Below, piece after piece: positions 24,455-36,362 of a DNA stretch of 64,000 bases. Position numbers and translations under genes: made by a program. This DNA comes from Alloascoidea hylecoeti. Lineage: Eukaryota. The stretch's first letter is position 1. The number at the start of each line of letters is the position of its first letter. The notes beneath the pieces were generated by a model that was not told the DNA's origin, searched no databases, and was given only the letters and a program-made list of their open reading frames with translations. The stretch is taken from contig BCKZ01000040.1 in assembly GCA_001600815.1 (NCBI GenBank), positions 1-64,000 of the forward strand, given 5' to 3'.

Positions 24455-26560
24455 ATGGTTCTTCGTAGTGGGTTTTTGAACGTCTCCGAAGATGACAAAA
24501 TGTATATTTTCATATTTATATTTAAGTGTGATGATCATATTGATTAACATTAGTTGCTTTTTAGGTCTATACCAGCAGATATCTCAGAAATAGCTTATGG
24601 AAATTCTGATCCAATGTCGACGGATATCCCACGATACATCTCCGAAATAGCCTATGGTGAATATCTTGAATCGGCTCAATCTGAATCTCAAAAAAATGGT
24701 AATAAAATCAATATCAAAGCCAATCAATCTCCACCTTCCGGAACTAGATCCACAATCCCATATATGGAGACACCCAATGCTGCCACTCAATTATCCGTGA
24801 TGGGTTTCCTAGGAACTATGCCTACTGAAGTTTTTCCAGAGTCTTATAGTACTGAATTATTGAATATGTTTCAACAACGAATTATGACGATGTATGGGAA
24901 TCCTCATGATGATGGGTTAACTCCTAGAGTACGCGATAATGATGATGGAGAGTTAAAATTGTCTAGTGCTATGTCGGAAACTTCAACCACAAGTTTAAAT
25001 TCAACCCCAGCACTTGTTGATAATATGGGCTCCAATCTCATTGATGAATATGATCCCACTCTAACAGCCACTGGCAACTATTCCTTAACACAGCAACAAG
25101 GCCCATCATTTGATGCATTGGATTCCAATATACAAAAATTAACTACAACCAATGGAATGTCGTCCCCTACTTATGACTTACCTTCATCATGGCATACAGA
25201 TCCACACAAATCGGTTATTACAAAATCTTCAGGAGCAGAAGTTCAAGTAATAATCACTTCAATTACACAAAATTTTGATTTGATTGGAATAAGGAGTAAC
25301 AGACCCATTCCTCAAAATTGTGGAATCTTTTATTATGAAATTGAAATAAATTCTGATTCAAAAGATAATGATGCTGTTATTGGTTTAGCTGGTCTTGATT
25401 CAAATATTTCTAAAATGCCTGGAATAGAGAATAATACTTGGGGTTTTCGTTCAACTAATGGATCAGTTATATATCAGGGTATAACAAAGCAATATGGTCC
25501 AAAATTCACAAAAGGTGATACAATTGGTTGTGGTGTGAACAATTATAATAATACGGTTTTTTTTACGAAAAATGGTATACCATTAGGGACAGCATTTTGT
25601 GATCTGAATATAAGCTTATACCCAGCGCTTGGAATTAGAGGTGGTTATTCAGTTCGTACCAATTTTGGTCAATACGAGTTTTTATTTGATATTATGGCAT
25701 ATACTCGTGCCCAAAAAAACTTTTTTTATAAGATTATTACACCACCTAATACTAATGATGGTAATAATGGTATTGAAAATAAAAAATTACCTGAATTATT
25801 ACAACAATTAGTATCAAGTTACTTCACCCATTTAGGTTATATCGATACTGCTCGTGCATTTCAAGAAGAACTTCAACAAGAGAAGAAAATATTTGCACCT
25901 ACTACTGTTAATAATTATCATATTGATAATGATGATGATGTCATTATGGAAGGGACTTATAATGATAATAAAAATGATGATGATGAATTGTTTAGGTTGG
26001 AGGATATAAACATTATAAATCGACAAACTATTCGAAGATTCATTATGAATGGTGATATAGATTCAAGTGTATTATTCATTAATGAAAAATATCCAAATTT
26101 ATTAATACAAAATGAAGATATTTCTTTTAAATTAAAATGTCAAAAATTTATTGAAATGATTATAAAAGGAAATAAATTACAAGAAAATAATAATAAAAAT
26201 GATAATAATGAAGGATTAAAGATAGAGGATATATATTTAAATGAAAGTTTACCTTATGGTGAACTGTTAAGACATGAATATAAAAAAAATTCAAAATATT
26301 CACAAATTTTATCAGACATTTTTTCTCTTATGGCATATCCTAATCCTCAAAATTCACCAATGTCTTATTTATTAGATAATCAAGAACGAATTGATTTAAG
26401 TGAAGAAGTTAATTCAGCAATTTTGGTTAGTCTTGGTAAAAGTAGTATTGCTCCTTTGGAAAAATTAACTTTACATACTACTCAAGTAATTAATCATTTA
26501 TTTGAAAGAAAAAATAAAGAATGTTTACTTATTAATGTTAAGAAAGATTTTCTAAAATAG
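24455..26560 (+). CDS. VID30: SPRY-LisH-CTLH-CRA protein (RanBP9/10, Gid1/Vid30 family); probable exon 1 24455-24501, exon 2 24565-26560
   Basis: SPRY (FYYEIEI...YGPKFTKGDTIGCG...FFTKNG), LisH (LVSSYFTHLGYIDTA), CTLH/CRA (FSLMAYPNP). The first intron (GTATAT...GATTAAC...TAG) is tentative. Confidence 0.8.
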
Positions 26561-26909
26561 TTTAAAGAAAATTTGATATGATATGATTGTTAAAACTGCA
26601 CAATTGCAATTTTTATACTTTTGACTTGCGTTAATATTATTATTGTTATTATTAGTTATTTAACATGATTAATTAATCAATGTTACATAGCCTATATTTA
26701 TGACTTATACAGGCTAGTTTTAGCTTATAACGGTTTATCAGATAATGTTTTTTAATAGCAAATGAACTTTAACTTACTTAATATTTGAACTTCCACCAGA
26801 GATCATATCTCTAATTGCCTTTGCAACCTTCACAATTCCAAGATCTCTACGATCTTTTAAATTTTCGCTTATTTGCTGACCTGTATCACGATTAAATATT
26901 AAATATTCT

Positions 26910-27230
26910 TCATTTAAACCTGGAGCTCTGAACACATCTGTGATTTCTGTCAACAATTCGGAAAGTGGTATATATTTTAAATTTTCCACTGAGTTCTAGA
27001 TCCTTCTGATTTTTAAAATGTAAAACATCCTTATTTAAACATGTAAGTTCTGAAATGTATGAGACAAATAGATCTTTCATCGAATCGTCTGATACGAAGT
27101 ATATAACTTTTTGCTCTTCTGGCATCTCCTGTAAATAATCTCCCAAAGATATCATCTGATCGGCGAAATCCCAACTGTGGTATCTCAGCAGCTTTATTAG
27201 ATTAGTTAAAACCGATGCAATTGGAAGGTT
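26910..27230 (-). pseudogene. Diverged HSP90 middle-domain fragment
   Basis: KLLRYHSWDFADQMISLGDYLQEMPEEQKVIYF resembles Hsp90 KLLRY.S...DE..SL.DYV.RMPE.QK.IYY. In-frame TAG near 27231; no N-terminal ATPase or MEEVD tail. Confidence 0.7.
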
Positions 27231-27496
27231 CTATTGGTGGAGGTCCACGCAATGAAGGCGAAATCCAGGTATGCTGTGATGGAATCTAGCTCGGGATTGA
27301 AGGGCAAAATATTTGCTGGCGATCTAGGATGACTAGTTGACATGAGAACATAAATACTTTTTAAAGGCTGAGTGCGACTAAAAGAATTGAATAAAGATGT
27401 TCTAGGTGGTTGACCTTGTGAGGTAACGAGTAATGTTTCTGTTAGAAAGAAACAGGGATTGACCTTTAGGAAGGTAAATGAGTTTGTCCGAAGAGG

Positions 27497-28762
27497 TTAA
27501 TAAATGGATCGATAGTTGAGCGTTGCTACAAAGTATCTACCATTAAGACCCATGCCTAGCAAATTGGTGAAATTTATTTTCTCTTTCAGATTCTGTTTAA
27601 ATAGTTGATATTCCAAAACCAATTTTATATGTGATATGACTAACATTAAAGAAAGCATACCGGTGAAAGAATTGTGAATATTTGTTATGTATGAGCAAAT
27701 CACAATGGTCTGAAATTTATGTTTCAAAGCACCGAAATACAATCCAAGAACTATGGAGCAATAAATAATGACAAATGTGACAAGAAGTATTTGTGGCATC
27801 CATTCCATTACTTGGTTTTGTAATCGATTTTGGTTCTGCTTATTGTGTTGTTCTTCCACGGGATCCTCTAGTCTAGTGTTGAAAAAATTAAAAGTTGAAT
27901 TTCATTTATATTGCCTGATATCGAATCTATACTCGACATTAGGGTTAACATTAAGTATGAAATAAACATTCCTTGCATCGATTTTTTGGCCCCCTTAGAA
28001 AAAACTTCTGAAAACAGAATTATAATCATTTTTGATTCTTCTGTTTTAGTTTTTGTGTATACGGCTATTAAAACCGTTTGAATGGTTATGAATAATTGGG
28101 AAACATGAACCGAACCAATGATGTAATTAAATCTAATCATGATTTTTTTCTCATGATCTCTCTTGGATTAATGGCTTCCAATTGTGCCGATATGGCATAC
28201 TTTTTAGTTTTGATACTATGATCAAAATTATCAGGGAGTGAAACCAGAGAAAAGTTTACAATGAAAAACTTAAAACTAATATCGGACCTTTTGTATGCCC
28301 ATCTATGGAAATAGCCGTGGTAATGAATAAAATTATTACACATATGCATTTAAGCAAAGAGCCTATTGAAAACCATTTTCCAGAAACACTTCCCTTTTTA
28401 GACAAAACATTGTATGATATAAACGGTGAATCCTCTTGGGTGGGATGAATTCTTAACCTAAAAAAGGAAGAAAATCGGAAAAGATTTGTAGTTTTTTTTT
28501 GAAAAACATGGTAAACATAAGTAAAAGTGACCGATAGAATCAGCAAGAGATGGCCTCCATTATCCAAATTTTTATTGAAGAAAAACAAAAATGGATAACT
28601 TAAAGATGAGGCACACAATGAAAATGCATTATCGATTGTAATTGTCTTGGATTCTTTCTGGAGGTTTCGTGTAGGTGAAGTATTCATAATTGGGCGCGTA
28701 ATAATTTTATTCCGTGAATGGTTACTGCTATGCAGGTACAATGATTTCCCGGAATCATGCAT
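27497..28762 (-). pseudogene. Possible degraded membrane-protein gene, family unknown
   Basis: Chain of co-oriented hydrophobic ORFs (28256-28762, 28137-28349, 27868-28140, 27497-27859); the last two share a frame separated by one stop. Confidence 0.35.
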
Positions 28763-29242
28763 ATGCAGGCATACTTATTTGTCATGGTGTATATAACTGC
28801 ATATTTACTCTACCTATATATGAGACCTATTTTCTATTAGTAATAAAGTTTTTATTTAAAAGGAATGCTGTAGGTTGAAAACACTGATTGCAAAATGGCT
28901 ATATTGTTTTATAATTAATATTTTTTATTATGTATTGATAATAGCTACTAGTATATTCCATCACTGCAGTCTTAATCTAGAATCAATGGTGATATATCTG
29001 TTCTCTGAAACTAGCAATTGTGTTTTTGGAAATCGATATTTGATGTCCGTCAAGTAACAACATGGCAGATTATTTAATTATATGTCCCATGTATGGCACA
29101 CTTGAAGAGTTCACAATAAGTTAATTAGCTCCTTGGCGTAACGGCTAGATACAGGAATCTGACAGATTGATCATTTGAGAATTTAGCTTTAGTTTAAGTC
29201 TCTTTTTGGTTATATAAATACTTTCTCTTTCTTTCTTTTCTT

Positions 29243-30140
29243 CCAAAAATTCCGGATGTACGGGTGTAAGAGTTTGACATCACCAAAAATATCGCCACCA
29301 CTATTACATTGTATAATGAAGGATTTCAACGAGGGTTTCAACCTGTTTAAACGGGAAGTCTCAGAAAATGCAGAGAAGTGCGGCGATAGTAAAATTCAAG
29401 AAATCAACTTGGTAAAAATCTTTGGTAATCTGAACGGACATGCAAGTTTGGAATCATTTCAACTTTTCTTCGGAAAATTCTTCTTTGACAATCCCGTCAG
29501 CCAGCTTCATATGAAGCAATTCCTGTTAAACCTCCCTATAACTGGTCTATTTTTAAAAAAGAGCCCTATAAATAAAAACATAATCCCCAATTGAATGAGA
29601 GGGAAATATCATCTTTTCTACTCTTAAAATTATTTGAACCAGCTACAGCTCTTTTCAATTTATTGAGTGAAACAGAAAAAATTAGATCAGAAATATCAGC
29701 CTATTTTAATCCTAAAAGTGGTGCTTTACTTAGATCTGGAGACCGTCTCAGATTATATCCTAACACCTAAAAATGAAACGGGACCTATAGTGACGATAGA
29801 AGTGAAAAGAGGGCCACTAACAGAATTGATATCTAGCTTCAACCCATTCGTCCCTAAAGAGAACTTCTCAAAGGCTGTGTCTGAGGTTATACATCAATCA
29901 ATTAACCTCGACACACCTTTTGGTATCCTCGCTGATTTAAACGTAATTTGTTTCATTGAAGTTCTTCCAACTGGGGAGCAAGAAACACACAAGTACGAGG
30001 AAAATGAGGAATTTTTACACAATGTTAAAATAAAATTTAAAATCTTCGAGGCAACAGATAATAATATCATACCTTATTTTGTATGTTTTTTAAAGAAGGC
30101 TGTGGATAATTTTAAAGATGAAAAAGGAACTAGAGGTGGA
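29243..30140 (+). pseudogene. PD-(D/E)xK-like family, copy 2 (frameshifted, ~235 bp internal deletion)
   Basis: Homologous to the reverse complement of 1-900; lacks copy-1 segment ~317-552; ORFs 29256-29594 and 29667-30212. Confidence 0.75.
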
Positions 30141-30589
30141 AATAACATACAAAGGTATGATATTATTATCTGTTGCTTTGAAGATTTTAAATCTTATTTT
30201 AACATTGTGTAAAAATTCTTCATTTTCCTCGTACTTATTTGTTTCTTGCTCCCCAGTTGGAAGAACTTCAATGAAACAAATTACGTTTAAATCAGCGAGG
30301 ATACCAAAGGCTGTGTCGAGGTCAACTGTTTGATGTATAACCTCAGACACAGCCTTTGAGAAGTTCTCTTTAGGGACGAATGGGTTGAAGCTAGATATCA
30401 ATTCTGTTAGTGGCCCTCTTTTCACTTCTATCGTCACTATAGGTTCCACTTCATTTTCAGGTGTTATGATATAATCTGAGACAGTCTTCAGATCTATAGA
30501 AGCACCACTTTTAGGATTGAAAAAGGCTGATATTTCTGATCTAATTTTTATATCTTCTGTCTCAGTCAATAAATTGAAGAGAGCTATAG
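30141..30589 (-). pseudogene. PD-(D/E)xK-like family, inverted partial copy 3
   Basis: 30346-30589 matches 1-244; forms an imperfect inverted repeat with ~29640-30090. Confidence 0.8.
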
Positions 30590-31079
30590 AGATCATTTGG
30601 AATTTTAACTGGTCAAGGAGAAGAAAAGATGCGGAATATTCCAGAAGGTAACTTTGTCCCTAAGCTGCTTGATCCGGTTCAAATCCGCCGATCAGTTCCT
30701 TTAACTNTTATAGCAGAAAAATGCAACCGTTATTTTTCAACTGAAATAGAATGCTATAACATTTTATCAAAACAAAAAGCTGAACCTAACTTTCAAAAAA
30801 TTTCTCCTGATATATTTGGATTTGGATATTGTAAAATTGTCGATTATTATAAAGAAAAAGAAGTAATTATTAGTGCAGGATTATATTTNCTCCTAGAATT
30901 GATTTCGGGTGTTCCACCCAAGTTGGATATTGAAACCTCATATGACACTGCAAAGAAAAATCTTGTGTATATCCATTCATTGAATATAGCACATGGGGAT
31001 ATCCGGTTAGAAAATATGATAGAAACTCCAAAGGGAGAGATTTATTTCATTGATTTCGGTTTCAGCAGCTATAACAAAA
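30590..31079 (+). CDS. Protein kinase domain fragment (5' cut by the inversion, 3' runs into an N gap)
   Basis: FVPKLLDP (beta-3 Lys), TEIECY (alpha-C Glu), HGDIRLEN catalytic loop, IDFG. Frame is open back to 30590, the inversion breakpoint. Confidence 0.8.
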
Positions 31080-32059
31080 NNNNNNNNNNNNNNNNNNNNN
31101 NNNNNNNNNNNNNNNNNNNNNNNNNNNNNNNNNNNNNNNNNNNNNNNNNNNNNNNNNNNNNNNNNNNNNNNNNNNNNNNNNNNNNNNNNNNNNNNNNNNN
31201 NNNNNNNNNNNNNNNNNNNNNNNNNNNNNNNNNNNNNNNNNNNNNNNNNNNNNNNNNNNNNNNNNNNNNNNNNNNNNNNNNNNNNNNNNNNNNNNNNNNN
31301 NNNNNNNNNNNNNNNNNNNNNNNNNNNNNNNNNNNNNNNNNNNNNNNNNNNNNNNNNNNNNNNNNNNNNNNNNNNNNNNNNNNNNNNNNNNNNNNNNNNN
31401 NNNNNNNNNNNNNNNNNNNNNNNNNNNNNNNNNNNNNNNNNNNNNNNNNNNNNNNNNNNNNNNNNNNNNNNNNNNNNNNNNNNNNNNNNNNNNNNNNNNN
31501 NNNNNNNNNNNNNNNNNNNNNNNNNNNNNNNNNNNNNNNNNNNNNNNNNNNNNNNNNNNNNNNNNNNNNNNNNNNNNNNNNNNNNNNNNNNNNNNNNNNN
31601 NNNNNNNNNNNNNNNNNNNNNNNNNNNNNNNNNNNNNNNNNNNNNNNNNNNNNNNNNNNNNNNNNNNNNNNNNNNNNNNNNNNNNNNNNNNNNNNNNNNN
31701 NNNNNNNNNNNNNNNNNNNNNNNNNNNNNNNNNNNNNNNNNNNNNNNNNNNNNNNNNNNNNNNNNNNNNNNNNNNNNNNNNNNNNNNNNNNNNNNNNNNN
31801 NNNNNNNNNNNNNNNNNNNNNNNNNNNNNNNNNNNNNNNNNNNNNNNNNNNNNNNNNNNNNNNNNNNNNNNNNNNNNNNNNNNNNNNNNNNNNNNNNNNN
31901 NNNNNNNNNNNNNNNNNNNNNNNNNNNNNNNNNNNNNNNNNNNNNNNNNNNNNNNNNNNNNNNNNNNNNNNNNNNNNNNNNNNNNNNNNNNNNNNNNNNN
32001 NNNNNNNNNNNNNNNNNNNNNNNNNNNNNNNNNNNNNNNNNNNNNNNNNNNNNNNNNNN
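31080..32059. other. Assembly gap (N run)
   Basis: 980 N bases. Confidence 1.
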
Positions 32060-32588
32060 TTATTATGTGTATATTTATTATATCCTGTTTACTGTACAAC
32101 ATATATTTTATTTAACCGCATATATCTCTACACGTTCTATAATCATTGCTATTTGCAAATACTGAGTTTTTTAATATACGGTCTATTATTTTTCATTTTA
32201 TGTAGTGAAATGTAAATAATAAAATTTCAAAACATAATAACGGCCAAGAATTGAAGCTTCATTGACATGAAAAACAATTATTTATCTTATTTAATTTTAT
32301 AATTAAATTTTGTTTATCTTGTTAATTATAAATTTCATACGCTTGATTAAACAAATATAATCAATTCCTCCTTGTATTTCCAAATCATCCATGAAAGACC
32401 CAAATACTGTAACACTAAATGATTCATCTTCTAGTGGATGTTGGATTAATTTTGGTTCATTAAAATATTCTTCTGTTCTTGGTAATTGGAATAATGAAGT
32501 ACGAATTGATGGACGATAATTATATCTCCAAAAATTTCCTTGGTTTATAATTATAATACCTAACTACAACACTATAGTTAAATAACAT

Positions 32589-33987
32589 ATGAAACGTTTA
32601 GAATCACGGCAGTACCAGTTACTACCAAATAAAGTTGTCAAAACACAATCTTTGGATGCAAAACTAGATATATCTATCGAGAATGAGAAACCGTTTTATT
32701 CAAGTGGTGATACAATTTCAGCTACAATTTCAGCTCCAAGTTTTGGAAATGCTTCTTCTAAACACAACGGATTTCGATTTATCAATGGGTGTCGTTTTTG
32801 TGATTGATATCATTTGCAGATGGAAAGAAATCATAAAAAAATGGAGATCGAAATCCTCAAGTACCACTTCTGAGTCATCTACTGCTAACAATTGCCCTAA
32901 GTTTGTTTTTGATAAAGAGCTATCTAAAAAACCTTTCTTCAAAGATATGGTTTCTCCAGGAGGTGTTTGTATTACATATTATATTAAAGCAATAATTAAT
33001 AATAACAATATTATTCAATTCAAATACAATACTGAAAGTGTTGTACGAGTTCAACCTTGCTAATGTTCCTTTATACAGGCTACTCCANNNNNNNNNNNNN
33101 NNNNNNNNNNNNNNNNNNNNNNNNNNNNNNNNNNNNNNNNNNNNNNNNNNNNNNNNNNNNNNNNNNNNNNNNNNNNNNNNNNNNNNNTAATTAATAATAA
33201 CAATATTATTCAATTCAAATACAATACTGAAAGTGTTGTACGAGTTCAACCTTGCTAATGTTCCTTTATACAGGCTACTCCAGCNTCTGGAAACTACTGC
33301 TAATTGTATTTCCCCTTTTGTAGGTGTCTTACGCGGACCTTGGTCGTCACCAACTCATATTTATTTTCAACATGGATGGGAAAATAATTTTTTACCTGAA
33401 ATACAATCAACATTACCTAAACCCACTGTATATATTATATTCCAAAATTGAATTTAATGTAAACGACTTATAAATCATCAACAACTTCAACTCCAAACTC
33501 TGGAGCTCCTGAATCTACAAAAACCTTTCCATTGAAGTTCACCTTCAGTCCCATATCTGTTGTTGGAGTAGTATCTGCCTGACCTACCATTTATTACTAA
33601 ATTGAGTGTGTATTTAGTAATCAACAATAAATTATCGAAAGTGAATTCGAGATCCTATTGGATAAGGCTCTTTAAAATATATCCCGACAAATATGGTTCC
33701 AAAGAATGTATTTTGGAGTCTCTGCCCATTACGACCAAAAAACGGGGGATACCAAATTTGAAGGATTTTATAATCAGTTACCCACAACAACTTCTTATTT
33801 GGTTCCAGATTTTGACACTAATCGTTTAGGAAGATCATATAAATTGGATTTTCACATTATATGTACATCTCAGCCTAGGGAGCCGTGTCTCAAAGCTTTG
33901 AAAAGAAAATTAGGCTCAGGACCATCACAGTATTATATTCGCGATTCTAACGATGATAATAATGTTGACCATGGTGTGCTAGTGTAA
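32589..33987 (+). pseudogene. Fragmented arrestin-fold (alpha-arrestin/Bul1-like) gene
   Basis: N-terminal LDISIENEKPFYSSGDTISATI, internal ITYYIKA and C-terminal LVPDFDTNRLGRSYKL fit arrestin N/C patterns. Several frameshifts and a 100-N gap. Confidence 0.5.
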
Positions 33988-36362
33988 CAAAATCAAAAAA
34001 TAAACTTAAAACTTCTACACTAAATATATTAAACCACCATATTTACAAGTCTATGCTATTTGATGTCCCCTATTAGTGTATCTGTGGGAACTCACGATTC
34101 TTAATAATACCTTGTGTTTTTGCAAATTTTGATCTATTATTCCAAAATGTGTCCCTTGGGTAAGAAANATGCTAATTAAGAAGTGATTGAGAACGAAACG
34201 AAATCCGATCCCACCAACCCATGATCAATGGCAATCCCTCATTTTAAAATTTTAAAGGGTTAGATTGGTTTGATTATAAATATTCCATAGTTTCATTTAT
34301 TTTTAATATTTTTTTTCATTATTCAAATTCATCTTCATGTAAAATAAATAATTAGCTTAGCTGATTCCATTGTATAGATAGTAAAACTAAATATAAATAT
34401 ATGAGACCTGACATCAACAGTTCTATAAACATAAAATCATAGCATTTTTATTGAGATGATTATTAATGATCGATAATTTTGTGTGTTCAATTAAGTTTTA
34501 TCATACGTTCAAAATAAATCAAATAATTCATTCAATTACTTAATTTTGGTTACAATATAAACTAAATAATTGGCCAAATGATTTTCTAATACTCTTTTAT
34601 TTAACTTATTAATTACAAATGGCCTAATATTTAGCTTAAATAGTGGCCGAAATTAAGTGCTGCGACATATGACTTTTGCGGTGATTTCGGGTTGCAATTC
34701 GGGACACAACAGACATATGCATAATTGCATATAAACAGCCTCTCAGGATATATTATTATTATATTTACTTTCTTTTTACTGTCCTTTTCTAATTCTTACT
34801 ACCTATCCTATTATCCATTTTTTATAATTTATTAATAATCTTTCTGTATTACCTCTCTTTATAGCTTCTTTTCATTGTCTATGCAAAAACAAAAGTCCCA
34901 TATGCACGGTCTTGATGACTTGGCTCTACATAATGATCTCAAGCCTGAGTAAAATTGAATGCCAACTTTCATCCATTTGCCTATTTTATATAAACTGGTT
35001 TCATTACTTTGAATTTTATTTAATTAACTTCCAATTAATTTTGTTTACTGAACATAATGAGGAGTCGATTGAACATTTTTGGGAAATCCGTCTATTAACA
35101 TGATTGAAAAATAGCAGGTTCAGCTAACATCAGCGTTAGTCCATATCATTAGCATTTTCAGCTGGATCATAATTTCCAGAATGAGCCTAAAATCATTAAA
35201 TAGTTAAGAGATTAAATTAAAAGTTGATAAACTCACCTGAACCTCTTTATGATATTGTAATAAATCACTCTAACATTTTAAAATAATTTTTTTTATTTTA
35301 GACTCAAATGAATTATTCATTTAAGACTTATTAAAAAATAAACGAGGTATTGGACTCTGGATCCATTGTGATTCAGACGATGTTGAGTCGAACGAACCTA
35401 TATCAGGGCTTTCGATGCGTACACCTCTCTGTGTACAATTGTATCATGAATTGGTTAACTGTAAAGTATAATTGAAGTTGTTACTTAATTGTACATAGTT
35501 AATTATATGATCGTTTTCTCCTAATTATTAGTCGCCATCTCTGTCTCCAATAATACATTTCTTGAATTGAATATTAATATTTGTTATATAAAAAAATCTA
35601 AATGGATTTATCTCATATATGAGAAACTTGACTAAATGAGTTTGTTTCGAATGAATCTATTTATACTATCAAGAGCAACTAATTAAAAATTATCATCATC
35701 CGCTATTAGCTAATCTATTACGATAAGGATTACAGTAGGTTTCATATTGCAACTATCAATGCAATGATCCAACCATGATACATTGATACACCTATCGGAT
35801 GTAGAAATGAAATAATTCAAATAAATATTAATGTGACTTTTCATGGCTAATCTGATCTCCAATCGTAATCGGTTATCATAATTAATATTAATGTTTTTAT
35901 TTTTGTTATAATTGTTTGAGTATATGCAACTGAAACTACAAGCTTTTTCCACCCCGGAAAACTAGATAATTTTAATATTGAATTGTTTTAAGAAATGTGA
36001 TGTGAATATCTTACACCTATGAATGAACATTCAAATTCCGATTCGATGGGTTCAACAATGAGATATAAATAATTGCTTGATGTACACTCTTGATCAGTCA
36101 ACAAGATCTAAGTCGTGCGACTTTTTGGCGTAGCTATTTAAACATGATCTTTTCATAACAATTACCATAGCTACCAATACTTAGCTTTACAACATTTCTA
36201 TGCGAAAAATTAATTTGAGTCGACAACTTGACACATTCAAATAGCTATAGTAATAGATTTAACAAGAAGATGAGAGTTATATGCCATAAAACATTTAAAA
36301 CGATGATTAATTATAATTCATTTCATAAACATTGCATTATCATACATACAGGTAGGTATCAT

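Noticed and set aside
30629..32215. Long ORFs of 346-528 aa in the ORF track
   Set aside because: Their length comes from translating the N gap; only the kinase part before 31080 is real.
32993..33282. 95-bp direct repeat (32993-33087 and 33188-33282)
   Set aside because: The identical copies flank a 100-N gap, typical of an unmerged contig overlap rather than a real duplication.
35100..35450. Possible intron-containing relic on the - strand (HKEVQ|AHSGNY, RNase H-like)
   Set aside because: Multiple stops and too short a motif to support a family call.
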